A DNA stretch of 15,679 bases from Promethearchaeota archaeon (lineage in GTDB: Archaea; Asgardarchaeota; Hermodarchaeia; Hermodarchaeales; Hermodarchaeaceae), in contig JBHLPR010000051.1 of NCBI GenBank assembly GCA_048939245.1, forward strand, positions 1-15,679. The letters are read 5' to 3'. Shown here one piece after another: positions 1 to 7,190 of this stretch. The position numbers and the translations under genes were made by a program. The notes below the pieces were generated by a model, which made no database searches, was not told the DNA's origin, and saw only the letters and a program-made list of their open reading frames with translations. The first letter of the stretch is position 1, and every line of letters starts with the position of its first letter.

Positions 1-555
1 TATTCCCAATATTGGCAGAATCGTTTCAATGAGTTTGTTTCCAAAGTTACCGAGTTTGAGGCGTTTATCTCTGAACAGCGCGATCTCCATCAATTGTCTA
101 ATAAGAACGTAATAATCACTTTTCCAGCTGAAGCTTACATTGCTGAAGCCTTGGATCTCCAAGTAAAAGGGCTACTCATGAAAGGCGAGAACATCTTCAT
201 CTCTGGACCAGAATTAATTGCAGTAGAACAAGCGTTACAAAATGGATCCATTGATCTCATTATCGCCTCTGATGTCGCTCAGCTTCAAGCGGCGGGGGAA
301 TTTGCTCAACAACTTTCCATTGATTCGGGTGTTCCTTTAGTTTGGGTTCGTGCGGTTTTTTCTGTGCTTGAAGATTATCTTGGAATAATGGCTTACAATA
401 TTGGAGCAATTACAACAGGTGTAAGTGCTGGACTTCCTCCCGCCTTTGATTTCCTTACTATTAGTATGCCCGTTATTATCATTGCAGCAGTCCTTGGAAT
501 TCTTGCAGTAATTGAGCTTGTACTCCTGATCCGTTGTACACGTGCTCAAGCTTAG
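1..555 (+). CDS. Metal ABC transporter substrate-binding protein (ZnuA/TroA-like), 5'-truncated, with C-terminal membrane anchor
   Basis: Frame is open from base 1 (YSQYWQNRFNEFVSKVTEFEAF...), so the TTG at 94 is probably not the start. The pattern 'YWQNRFNEF...VIITFPAEAYIAEALDL...E.IS..EL......I..II......FAQQLSIDSGVPLV......DYLGIMAYNI' follows the C-terminal lobe of cluster A-I binding proteins. A hydrophobic tail (ISMPVIIIAAVLGILAVIELVLLIR) ends the protein. Confidence 0.7.
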   Translation, partial: YSQYWQNRFNEFVSKVTEFEAFISEQRDLHQLSNKNVIITFPAEAYIAEALDLQVKGLLMKGENIFISGPELIAVEQALQNGSIDLIIASDVAQLQAAGEFAQQLSIDSGVPLVWVRAVFSVLEDYLGIMAYNIGAITTGVSAGLPPAFDFLTISMPVIIIAAVLGILAVIELVLLIRCTRAQA

Positions 556-611
556 TCGTCCGAAACCCTTTTTACAAAGCATAGGAAGTGGGCTCCGGGT
601 AAATCTGTAAA

Positions 612-803
612 ATGACCGTTGTTTCCTGTCCCCAATGTGGTTTCCAGTTTGATACGAGCTATGGACGAATAATGGCTTGTGGAGATTGCCCATCAGCAAC
701 AATGGGCAATTGTGGATATGCAAAATGTCCTCGATGTCAACACGAATTTCCGCTAGTTGGAAGTTCTAAACAAGTACACCAGTATGGGCGGCGTGTGACT
801 TAG
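612..803 (+). CDS. Small Cys-rich metal-binding protein (CxxC...CxxC...C...CxxC)
   Basis: 63 aa with 7 Cys: CPQCGFQF, CGDCP, NCG, CPRCQHEF. ATG start, co-oriented downstream of the metal-binding protein; its stop abuts the leuS stop. Confidence 0.7.
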   Translation: MTVVSCPQCGFQFDTSYGRIMACGDCPSATMGNCGYAKCPRCQHEFPLVGSSKQVHQYGRRVT

Positions 804-3698
804 CTATTCTAGGAAAAGTGCTGGGCGACCAGGTAATGCCTTGGGGGCCCGATTTTCAGGATCTTTAATAGGTTTATCTCCATCTTGGATTTCGACCGAG
901 AAACCAGTTTCTGACTGAATGAACTCGCTATTTTCTCTAAGGGCTTTTCCTTCGGTAGTTTTATCAACGAAAGTCCAAAAACCACCTGATTTTGCTATAG
1001 CCTGGACTAGCTCGTTCACTTCCTTACCACGCTTTTTGAGTTTGGTATCTTTCATTAGAATTGGCATCATATCTTTGATTGTTGGTGCTACATTGGCTTT
1101 GGTTACTTTCTTCATCGCCTTATATTTCCAGCTTGGACTGATGAAGATGTGGACAGTAGTAACCGGTTTACCTTTGAGGAGTTTTTTGATTTCTTTGATA
1201 TCAGTAATTGTGTTCATTACTACATCCATGGCTTTCTCAATCTTTTCATCCACAAAGCGTTCTTCAGGCGTTGGCCATGCTTCTAGAGATATAAAGGAAA
1301 TACTTCCTAGACGCTCCCAAATCTCTTCACATAAATGGGGTAGGAGGGGGGTAAGTAGTTTGACCCACCGCGTAATGATGTACCGTAAAACCGCATCTCG
1401 TTCGGGGCTGGCTTTTTTCATTCGTCGCAGATAGAATTCTACATTGTGTAACAGTTGGAAGAAAGTTTGTAGAGCATAATTTCGAAAACGTAGTTGCTCT
1501 AAAGATTCGGTTGCATCACGAATTGTGGTGTTAATCTTTGAAAGAATCCACAGGCTCATCATACTGAGTTTGGGTTCATCTATTTCCACTTCAGGAATTT
1601 TTGAAGCGTTTTCGAGGATGCGCACTAAACGTTTAATTCGACGCTGTATGTTGGTGACATCTTTTTCCTTCCAATCCACTAACGATTGTAAATCTCCTAT
1701 CTGCGTAATATACAGACGGAATAAATCAGCCCCATATCGCTTAGGCACTGCTGCTAAGGGTATGACATTGCCTTTGCTTTTACTCATTTTCTCGCCTTCG
1801 CGAATCACAAATTCGTTGAGCGTAATTGCTTTTGGCCAGTATTTTTCGGGAAATAGTGCTGCATGATGAAAAATGAAGAAGGAGAGGTGATTAGGGATAT
1901 GAGCCACCGCAGTGTGTCGTTGATCATTTGGGTACCAGTATTCGACCTCTTGTCGCATCGTGGTAAGTGCCGCTTGTGCGATTCCGGTCTTTTCCACAAC
2001 CTTGTCAATTTGCCCCTTTCCTAATAGGACATAATCAAAGAATGAGGTGTCTAATTGTTGTTCGGTAATTTGTCCTGCTCGGATATGATGAATGATAAGA
2101 TAGAAGATCATGTAGATTGTTGAGTCAGATAGTGATTCAATCACCCATTTTCGGTCGAAGGGGAGTCGGGTTCCCAAACCCCGCTTTCGAGCTGCTGGCC
2201 GTTCTTTCAACCAATCAAAGGTGGATTCAAACAGTTTGCGGTACATCTCTGGATAAATGAACATCTGGTCTAATGCTTTTGTGGCCCTGGTCTTCCACTC
2301 TCTGTTGCCATAATTAATGAACCATTGATCTGGTAATATGGCAACAACGATTTCATTCCCACAACGGCATACTACTGGTTTTTGGTCGGGTTGGTAAAAT
2401 CGGAAGGCACGGTTTTGCTCTTCGAGAAAGGCAATGACATCTTCTTTGATTTCATTAACTTTTCGTGCTGCAAAAGATCCTGTGTTCTCTTTCATTATGC
2501 CTTGGTAGAATTCAGCTTTATACAGGGTCTCAGTTGCTTCATCGAGCTTTGCAGTTGCTTTCTGATCTTTTATCTTCAATTTTTCAACGAGTTCGATAGC
2601 GGGGTGTTCACCGTATCCTTGGACGCTAATGATTGAGATAGGTTTGATTGCCTTTACCGCATCAAAATCAATTTTGAAACCTTGAATGGCTTTCTTTGTT
2701 TTCTGAATATCATGGAGTGCTGCCCAGTCAAAGGGGGCATGGGAAGGTACGCTATAGACGACCCCTGTTCCGTTTTCTGGATTGACAAATTCTGCTGGTA
2801 AGATAAGGAGCTCTCGCTCTTCGACAGGTGATTTACATATTTTACCAATAAATTCAGAACCAGGGATTTCTTCTAACCGTTTGGATCGATGTCCCTGATT
2901 TACCAACTTTCGAACCGCAGGGGCAGCTACATACCAAATCTCGTCTCCCACTTGGATTTTTGAATAACTAGCATTGGGATTTATCCAGATGTTAGTCACT
3001 CCATAAACCGTTTCGGGACGAAGAGTTGCCGCGACGAGAAATCCGTCTTCGTATGGGAACTTGATGGCTACGAATTCGGCAACTTTTGCATGTTCACCTT
3101 GTAGTAAATCATCTTCGCCTACGGCATTTCCGCAGGAAACACAATAGAGCACTGGATATTTTCCTTTTGTGATGTAGCCTAGTCTTTGAAGATTGATGAA
3201 TTGCCATGTAACAAAGGCATGATACTCAGGATCATTGGTGGTGAATTTACGTCTCCAGTCAATTGAATAGCCTAATTTCCTAAAATCACTTTCAAAGACA
3301 TTGACAAAAAATTGAGCAATCGCTAGCGGGTCGGTAAATGTTGACAATACTGCATTGATATCTTTCTTTGATCGGTAATAACCAATACTCGAACGATATT
3401 CGTTCAGAATAGTTGGATCTTTATCTCGTATTCGTTTTGCCACGCCTGCAACCGGAGTTCCTGTGACATGGGCTGCCATAGGCCATAATACATTGAATCC
3501 TCTCATTCGTTTGTACCGAGCAATAATGTCGCCTATTGTATATGTTCGACCATGACCCACATGCATAGGTGCATTTGCATAGGGATAAGGGACAGTGAGA
3601 TAGAATTTGGGTCGGTTGGGGTTCGGGTCTGCATCAAATGCTTGAGCTTCACGCCATCGCATCTGCCATTTAGGTTCGATTTCTTTTAGGTCAATCAT
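804..3698 (-). CDS. leuS: Leucine--tRNA ligase, archaeal/eukaryotic type
   Basis: 964 aa. Class I motifs PYPYAN..MHVGH (HIGH) and KMSKSKGN, CP1 editing motifs ATLRPETVYG and GTGVVYSVPSHAPFD, WVIESLSDSTIY, and a C-terminal A.PGRPA. Purine-rich RBS (GAGGGGAG) upstream. Confidence 0.97.
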   Translation of the reverse strand: MIDLKEIEPKWQMRWREAQAFDADPNPNRPKFYLTVPYPYANAPMHVGHGRTYTIGDIIARYKRMRGFNVLWPMAAHVTGTPVAGVAKRIRDKDPTILNEYRSSIGYYRSKKDINAVLSTFTDPLAIAQFFVNVFESDFRKLGYSIDWRRKFTTNDPEYHAFVTWQFINLQRLGYITKGKYPVLYCVSCGNAVGEDDLLQGEHAKVAEFVAIKFPYEDGFLVAATLRPETVYGVTNIWINPNASYSKIQVGDEIWYVAAPAVRKLVNQGHRSKRLEEIPGSEFIGKICKSPVEERELLILPAEFVNPENGTGVVYSVPSHAPFDWAALHDIQKTKKAIQGFKIDFDAVKAIKPISIISVQGYGEHPAIELVEKLKIKDQKATAKLDEATETLYKAEFYQGIMKENTGSFAARKVNEIKEDVIAFLEEQNRAFRFYQPDQKPVVCRCGNEIVVAILPDQWFINYGNREWKTRATKALDQMFIYPEMYRKLFESTFDWLKERPAARKRGLGTRLPFDRKWVIESLSDSTIYMIFYLIIHHIRAGQITEQQLDTSFFDYVLLGKGQIDKVVEKTGIAQAALTTMRQEVEYWYPNDQRHTAVAHIPNHLSFFIFHHAALFPEKYWPKAITLNEFVIREGEKMSKSKGNVIPLAAVPKRYGADLFRLYITQIGDLQSLVDWKEKDVTNIQRRIKRLVRILENASKIPEVEIDEPKLSMMSLWILSKINTTIRDATESLEQLRFRNYALQTFFQLLHNVEFYLRRMKKASPERDAVLRYIITRWVKLLTPLLPHLCEEIWERLGSISFISLEAWPTPEERFVDEKIEKAMDVVMNTITDIKEIKKLLKGKPVTTVHIFISPSWKYKAMKKVTKANVAPTIKDMMPILMKDTKLKKRGKEVNELVQAIAKSGGFWTFVDKTTEGKALRENSEFIQSETGFSVEIQDGDKPIKDPENRAPKALPGRPALFLE

Positions 3699-3865
3699 GA
3701 GAATGTGTCTCCCCTCTGTTGCGAGTTTTTATTGTGAAAAGAATTATTTTTCGTTACGATCCCCTCCAATATTTGGGGTAGCTAGTTAGTTGAAAAGAGT
3801 CAATGATTTGGGAGAAAGTCATACCACACGGGGATCACTTCGAAAAGAAAATTGAGGGCTCCTAA

Positions 3866-3878
3866 CTTAAAGCTTTCG
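3866..3878 (-). promoter_or_regulatory. Putative archaeal BRE-TATA promoter (CGAAAG-CTTTAAG) facing leuS
   Basis: Purine-rich BRE followed by TTTAA, divergent from the yip1 promoter. Confidence 0.45.
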
Positions 3879-3892
3879 TCAGAGCTTGAAAA

Positions 3893-3907
3893 CCGAAAGC
3901 AAATAAG
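3893..3907 (+). promoter_or_regulatory. Putative BRE-TATA promoter of the Yip1 gene (CCGAAAG-CAAATAAG)
   Basis: BRE-like CGAAAG plus an AT-rich box about 40 nt before the ATG at 3947, with a GAGGTTG RBS-like sequence in between. Confidence 0.4.
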
Positions 3908-3946
3908 TTTCTAATGTGAGGTTGTGATGTCGAGTGTGACCAAAGC

Positions 3947-4705
3947 ATGTCGAAATTACGGTGCCCTGAATGCCTAATTCTTGTGGGTCCTCAAGATGCC
4001 GTTTGTCCTCAGTGTGGCTATCGGTTTCGAACTGAACAGTTTGAACGCATTCTACCTTTCATGAAACGCCCTGAACGCCAATGGGAAAGTCGGTTATCGC
4101 TGCGACAACGCCTTTGGGGGATTTTACGCTTTCCTGCTATCACCTTTTGGGATATTGCTCATGAACCGGATAACCGGGGGCCAGCCCTAATTTTCTTGGG
4201 TAACCTATTTGCAATCTCGTTGTGGTATGTGGCTATGGCGTGGCATGTCCTCGATATCAGAGAACTGTTGCTATATGGGTTCTTTGGAGTGTTTACAATT
4301 CTTTCCTTGTTATACATGCTGTTGAACATATTTTATTTTGGAATCATTCATGCTATCGTCAATTATTCAGGCCGCGAAGGAGAATTTAGTGAAACATTTC
4401 TTTTGGGGCAGTATGCACTTCTCCCGTTTCTTTTCACAAATCTTGTATCGACTGGATTACTTTTTGTATTTCTCCCGAATACAACAACAGGGAACCTGAC
4501 TTTATTGTACATCAATCCTACTTGGTTAGCTGTTTATGCTCTAGCGAGTATCGCAATCGTATGGGGGGCAATACTTCTTTCGTTAGGAATTCGTGAACGC
4601 TATCGAATGCCTTCAGAAACGGCTCTTCTTATCACTATGAGTGTAACTGTGTTTGTGGTTATCGTTGCATTCGCTGTGCGGACGACCGTGATTCCACTTA
4701 TTTAA
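3947..4705 (+). CDS. Zinc-ribbon + Yip1-domain membrane protein
   Basis: N-terminal CPEC-x10-CPQCG ribbon. 'LWGILRFPAITFWDI' resembles the Yip1 N-terminal motif. About five hydrophobic helices, 'GREGEFSETFLLGQYALLP' matching the Yip1 G.g.f......Ya..P pattern, and 'W...LL..GI......' in the last helices. Confidence 0.75.
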   Translation: MSKLRCPECLILVGPQDAVCPQCGYRFRTEQFERILPFMKRPERQWESRLSLRQRLWGILRFPAITFWDIAHEPDNRGPALIFLGNLFAISLWYVAMAWHVLDIRELLLYGFFGVFTILSLLYMLLNIFYFGIIHAIVNYSGREGEFSETFLLGQYALLPFLFTNLVSTGLLFVFLPNTTTGNLTLLYINPTWLAVYALASIAIVWGAILLSLGIRERYRMPSETALLITMSVTVFVVIVAFAVRTTVIPLI

Positions 4706-5741
4706 AAACTGCTAAAATTTTCAAAGGTTGGGCTAACGCCGAATCAATGATAAATAATGGTTCTTCTTTCTTCAATCGGAGTTTTCCAAGCACCTGCTCA
4801 TCTTCAAGAACCTTTCCACGACGGATAATCTTGGGTTCCTGTAAACCAAAAGTCATTATCAACCGGTTCTTAACCTCTGCAACGGTTTCTTTTCGACCGA
4901 TGGCATAAATTTCACCCTCAAGTCGGAATCGATCACTACAAAGGAAGCAGTTGGGATTTCGAGCTAATTTGAGAATAGTAAATTGTTGATGAAGCCCATC
5001 ATAGAACAGGTAATTATCAAGGGGGGTTCCAATTTTCAAGAGATGCTTTAGCGCTTCTTGGAACTGAATTCCAGCGATTATTGTTGCTACGCTTAAGAGG
5101 GCGGGGAATTTGGGAGGGGGCTCTTCCACTTTTCGACGTTCTCCAGGTGGAGTACAGGCTTTTTGTAGTCGTTCAGCGGGGACAAGAGGTTGGCATTCCA
5201 GGCAAGCAGTGACGAAAGGTACTACTCGTTGCACATTTCCCCACCAGCCATACATTCCACCATGAATGAGAACCTTGTTCTTGTGTACACATAATGAGTT
5301 AAGCCATCGCCTAGCTTCGAAGGTGTCGAGACCATCGATTATGAGATCAGCTTCCTCGTAAATAGAATGCCTGACATCTTGAATCGCACAATTCAATGCA
5401 AGAACCTGAACATCAGGATTCATCTCACGAAGACGTTGGCCAGCGACAACGGCTTTTGCTTTTCCAACGTCCTCGTCGCTGTATAAGTATTGGCGGCTTA
5501 AGTTGGATAATTCAATAGTGTCAAAATCGATTATGACAACTTTCCCTATCCCAGTAAGAACTAAGTCGACAGCTACAATGGTCCCTAATGCTCCCATCCC
5601 TGCTACGATAACCGTGGACTGGGAAAGTTCCTCCTGATCCCAATTTTCCAGGAGTAGTTGACGAGCATACCTTTCTGTTCCTTGATAAACAGGGACCTTC
5701 TTCTTCTCTTCGATAATTTGGTCTTCCATAGCCAATTTCAC
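4698..5741 (-). CDS. Ubiquitin-activating enzyme E1 (ThiF/UBA family, Uba3/Uba2-like) with C-terminal ubiquitin-fold domain
   Basis: GMGALG nucleotide loop, DFDTIELSNLSRQ, GKAKA, GLDTFEARRWLN, Zn pairs CLEC and CFLC, and a probable catalytic Cys in KACTPP. The C-terminal ETVAEVKNRL...IIRRGKVLEDEQVL is beta-grasp-like. The GTG at 5741 overlaps the E2 stop (GTGA); an alternative ATG is at 5729. Confidence 0.92.
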   Translation of the reverse strand: MKLAMEDQIIEEKKKVPVYQGTERYARQLLLENWDQEELSQSTVIVAGMGALGTIVAVDLVLTGIGKVVIIDFDTIELSNLSRQYLYSDEDVGKAKAVVAGQRLREMNPDVQVLALNCAIQDVRHSIYEEADLIIDGLDTFEARRWLNSLCVHKNKVLIHGGMYGWWGNVQRVVPFVTACLECQPLVPAERLQKACTPPGERRKVEEPPPKFPALLSVATIIAGIQFQEALKHLLKIGTPLDNYLFYDGLHQQFTILKLARNPNCFLCSDRFRLEGEIYAIGRKETVAEVKNRLIMTFGLQEPKIIRRGKVLEDEQVLGKLRLKKEEPLFIIDSALAQPLKILAVFK

Positions 5742-6199
5742 CTACGTTGAATCTGGTCCCATCCTGCAAATCGTTTAACCCAATCTCTTGCAGTGCGTTC
5801 GAATTTAACAGGATCTCGTTTTGCTTCTTTTGATGCTCTCTGATTTAAAGGATCATCCGGATTTGGAAAGTTCAATAGATTCCGTAACGTTTCAACAACT
5901 CCGGTTAATGACATGCTAGGAAGCCAATCCTTTCCCAAAATTCCGACGCAGACTCGTCCTCTGTAAATGTTTGGGTGCCAAACCTTTGTGATAAATCGGA
6001 CTTGTGGTGGTTCATAAGGGAAAGAGCGTGGAACATTAATTTGCAAGACAAAAACGCCGCTATCATAGATGCCTGTACCTAATATGAATCCCTGCCATCG
6101 TCTAAGGTCCCCTTGGACAGGTTGGAACGATGGTTCCTCAGTTTCCATATTTTTGGCTTCAAGAGCTAATCTTGCCCAATAGTCCTCTTCTGCTAACAT
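5738..6199 (-). CDS. Ubiquitin-conjugating enzyme E2 (UBC fold, active)
   Basis: FPYEPPQVRFITKVWHPNIYRGRVCVGILGKDWLP contains the HPN motif and catalytic Cys, followed by PNPDDPLN. The ATG at 6199 is preferred over the ORF-track start at 6235. Confidence 0.95.
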   Translation of the reverse strand: MLAEEDYWARLALEAKNMETEEPSFQPVQGDLRRWQGFILGTGIYDSGVFVLQINVPRSFPYEPPQVRFITKVWHPNIYRGRVCVGILGKDWLPSMSLTGVVETLRNLLNFPNPDDPLNQRASKEAKRDPVKFERTARDWVKRFAGWDQIQRR

Positions 6200-6260
6200 G
6201 TGGACAACGCCTCTACCTAGATAAGCCGGTCCCAATTACACTTACCAAATGCGCTAGCCG

Positions 6261-6275
6261 TAAATACCTTTTCGG
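6261..6275 (-). promoter_or_regulatory. Putative internal BRE-TATA promoter for E2-E1 (CCGAAAAGG-TATTTA)
   Basis: Good archaeal BRE plus TATA in the 200-nt gap between ubiquitin and E2. Confidence 0.5.
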
Positions 6276-6341
6276 TTGGTTACTCCTGAATTTAGTTTGC
6301 TTATGGCAAACGCAGCTAAATAGAGGTTTCTTACGATACGT

Positions 6342-6358
6342 AGAAAATACAAAAAATA
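6342..6358 (-). terminator. Putative oligo-T terminator after the ubiquitin gene
   Basis: TATTTTTTGTATTTTC on the minus strand about 40 nt after the ubiquitin stop. Confidence 0.4.
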
Positions 6359-6398
6359 GGTGGGCGACTGAGATCGAAACCGTTCGGTTTTACTGGTT

Positions 6399-6635
6399 CT
6401 AGCCGCCCTCGGTCCTCGTGATGAGGTATAATTTGTCATGTGGTGTGATGCCGACACTCTTGACGGTTTGTTCATCAGTCAGTTGGGCTCCACGATATGC
6501 TAGGATAACGATATTAGGCGGTATCCGTCGCATTTGAGCCACACGATTCCGAATTTCTCCAATAGTTGTATTGGATTCCACCTCAAGAGCGATGGGGTCA
6601 CTACCACCAATCGCTGGTACAACTTCTATTCGCAT
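6399..6635 (-). CDS. Ubiquitin (eukaryote-like beta-grasp modifier) ending in Gly-Gly
   Basis: 78 aa. IALEVESNTTIGEIRNRV, IPP, LAYRGAQLTDEQTV and LYLITRTEGG-stop align to ubiquitin ITLEVEPSDTIENVKAKI, IPP, LIFAGKQLEDGRTL and LHLVLRLRGG. Confidence 0.93.
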   Translation of the reverse strand: MRIEVVPAIGGSDPIALEVESNTTIGEIRNRVAQMRRIPPNIVILAYRGAQLTDEQTVKSVGITPHDKLYLITRTEGG

Positions 6636-6649
6636 TTTTCAACCACCGA

Positions 6650-6901
6650 CTATTTTCTAACCGGTTTCAACCTTCGTAGGTTAATGCGGTTCCGACATAT
6701 GGGACAGGTGCCCTTCATCTTCACCCATTCTGCAAGGTGTCGATAGTGCGCAGGATTGCCACAATGCGGGCAATAGACCATTTGTTCACCATCACGGATT
6801 TGGAGGCGACAAACACAGCACATCGCAGCAGTTTTGGTCCAATCCCATTGGCCAATTTCTTTCACCGATGAGATAACAAACCGTCCTGCTGATTGTGTCA
6901 T
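6650..6901 (-). CDS. Small RING-finger E3 ligase, Rbx1/Apc11-like N-terminus
   Basis: Ligands C28-x2-C31, C44-x2-C47, H52-x2-H55, W59 and C66-x2-C69-R70. Lies 14 nt upstream of ubiquitin; AAGGGG RBS. Confidence 0.88.
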   Translation of the reverse strand: MTQSAGRFVISSVKEIGQWDWTKTAAMCCVCRLQIRDGEQMVYCPHCGNPAHYRHLAEWVKMKGTCPICRNRINLRRLKPVRK

Positions 6902-6949
6902 GTTCTTGCCCCTTGGTCAGTTCCGCTCGGGCAATTCTTCTAGATGCGT

Positions 6950-6959
6950 TCTTAAAAAA
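6950..6959 (-). promoter_or_regulatory. Putative TATA box of the RING-ubiquitin unit (TTTTTTAAG)
   Basis: AT-rich box about 50 nt upstream of the RING ATG. Confidence 0.35.
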
Positions 6960-7025
6960 CTATGGAAATGCGTCCTCACTAAGACGTTTTACTATTTTTC
7001 TCCAAAATCCGTCTGAGGTACAATT

Positions 7026-7190
7026 TTTTTTAGTCAAATTAAAGCGTGAACTACCCCTATACGTGTACAGAGGTTTTCATCGAGTCCGCTACCCCTGGAA
7101 ACTGGTGTAGGGCTGTGTTTCGATGCAAGCCATCCAAGAAATCTCTTAGTGGCTCCCCGTTCACAGGGGATTGCTGCAATAGGAACCGCA
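7026..7190 (-). ncRNA. Putative omegaRNA/reRNA (scaffold overlapping the tnpB 3' end, plus flanking guide GCUUUAAUUUGACUAAAAAA)
   Basis: Minus-strand hairpins TCCCC-TGTGAAC-GGGGA and CCTCTGTAC/GTATAGGGG precede TAGTTCAC. By known TnpB biology the roughly 16-20 nt beyond the right end (7045 down to about 7026) form the guide. The 5' boundary is approximate. Confidence 0.6.

Noticed and set aside
919-2848. ORFs 919-1434, 1525-1866, 1805-2008, 2382-2636 and 2654-2848
   Set aside because: Antisense or alternative-frame shadows of leuS with no motifs.
3758-3836. tRNA gene
   Set aside because: tRNA-sized with a 7-bp closing stem, but no TTCRA T-loop, D-loop GG pattern or proper anticodon arm.
6130-6475. 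ORFs 6130-6402 (+) and 6254-6475 (-) as an extra small gene between ubiquitin and E2
   Set aside because: Both overlap real genes and lack recognisable motifs; the gap is better explained by a terminator and a promoter.
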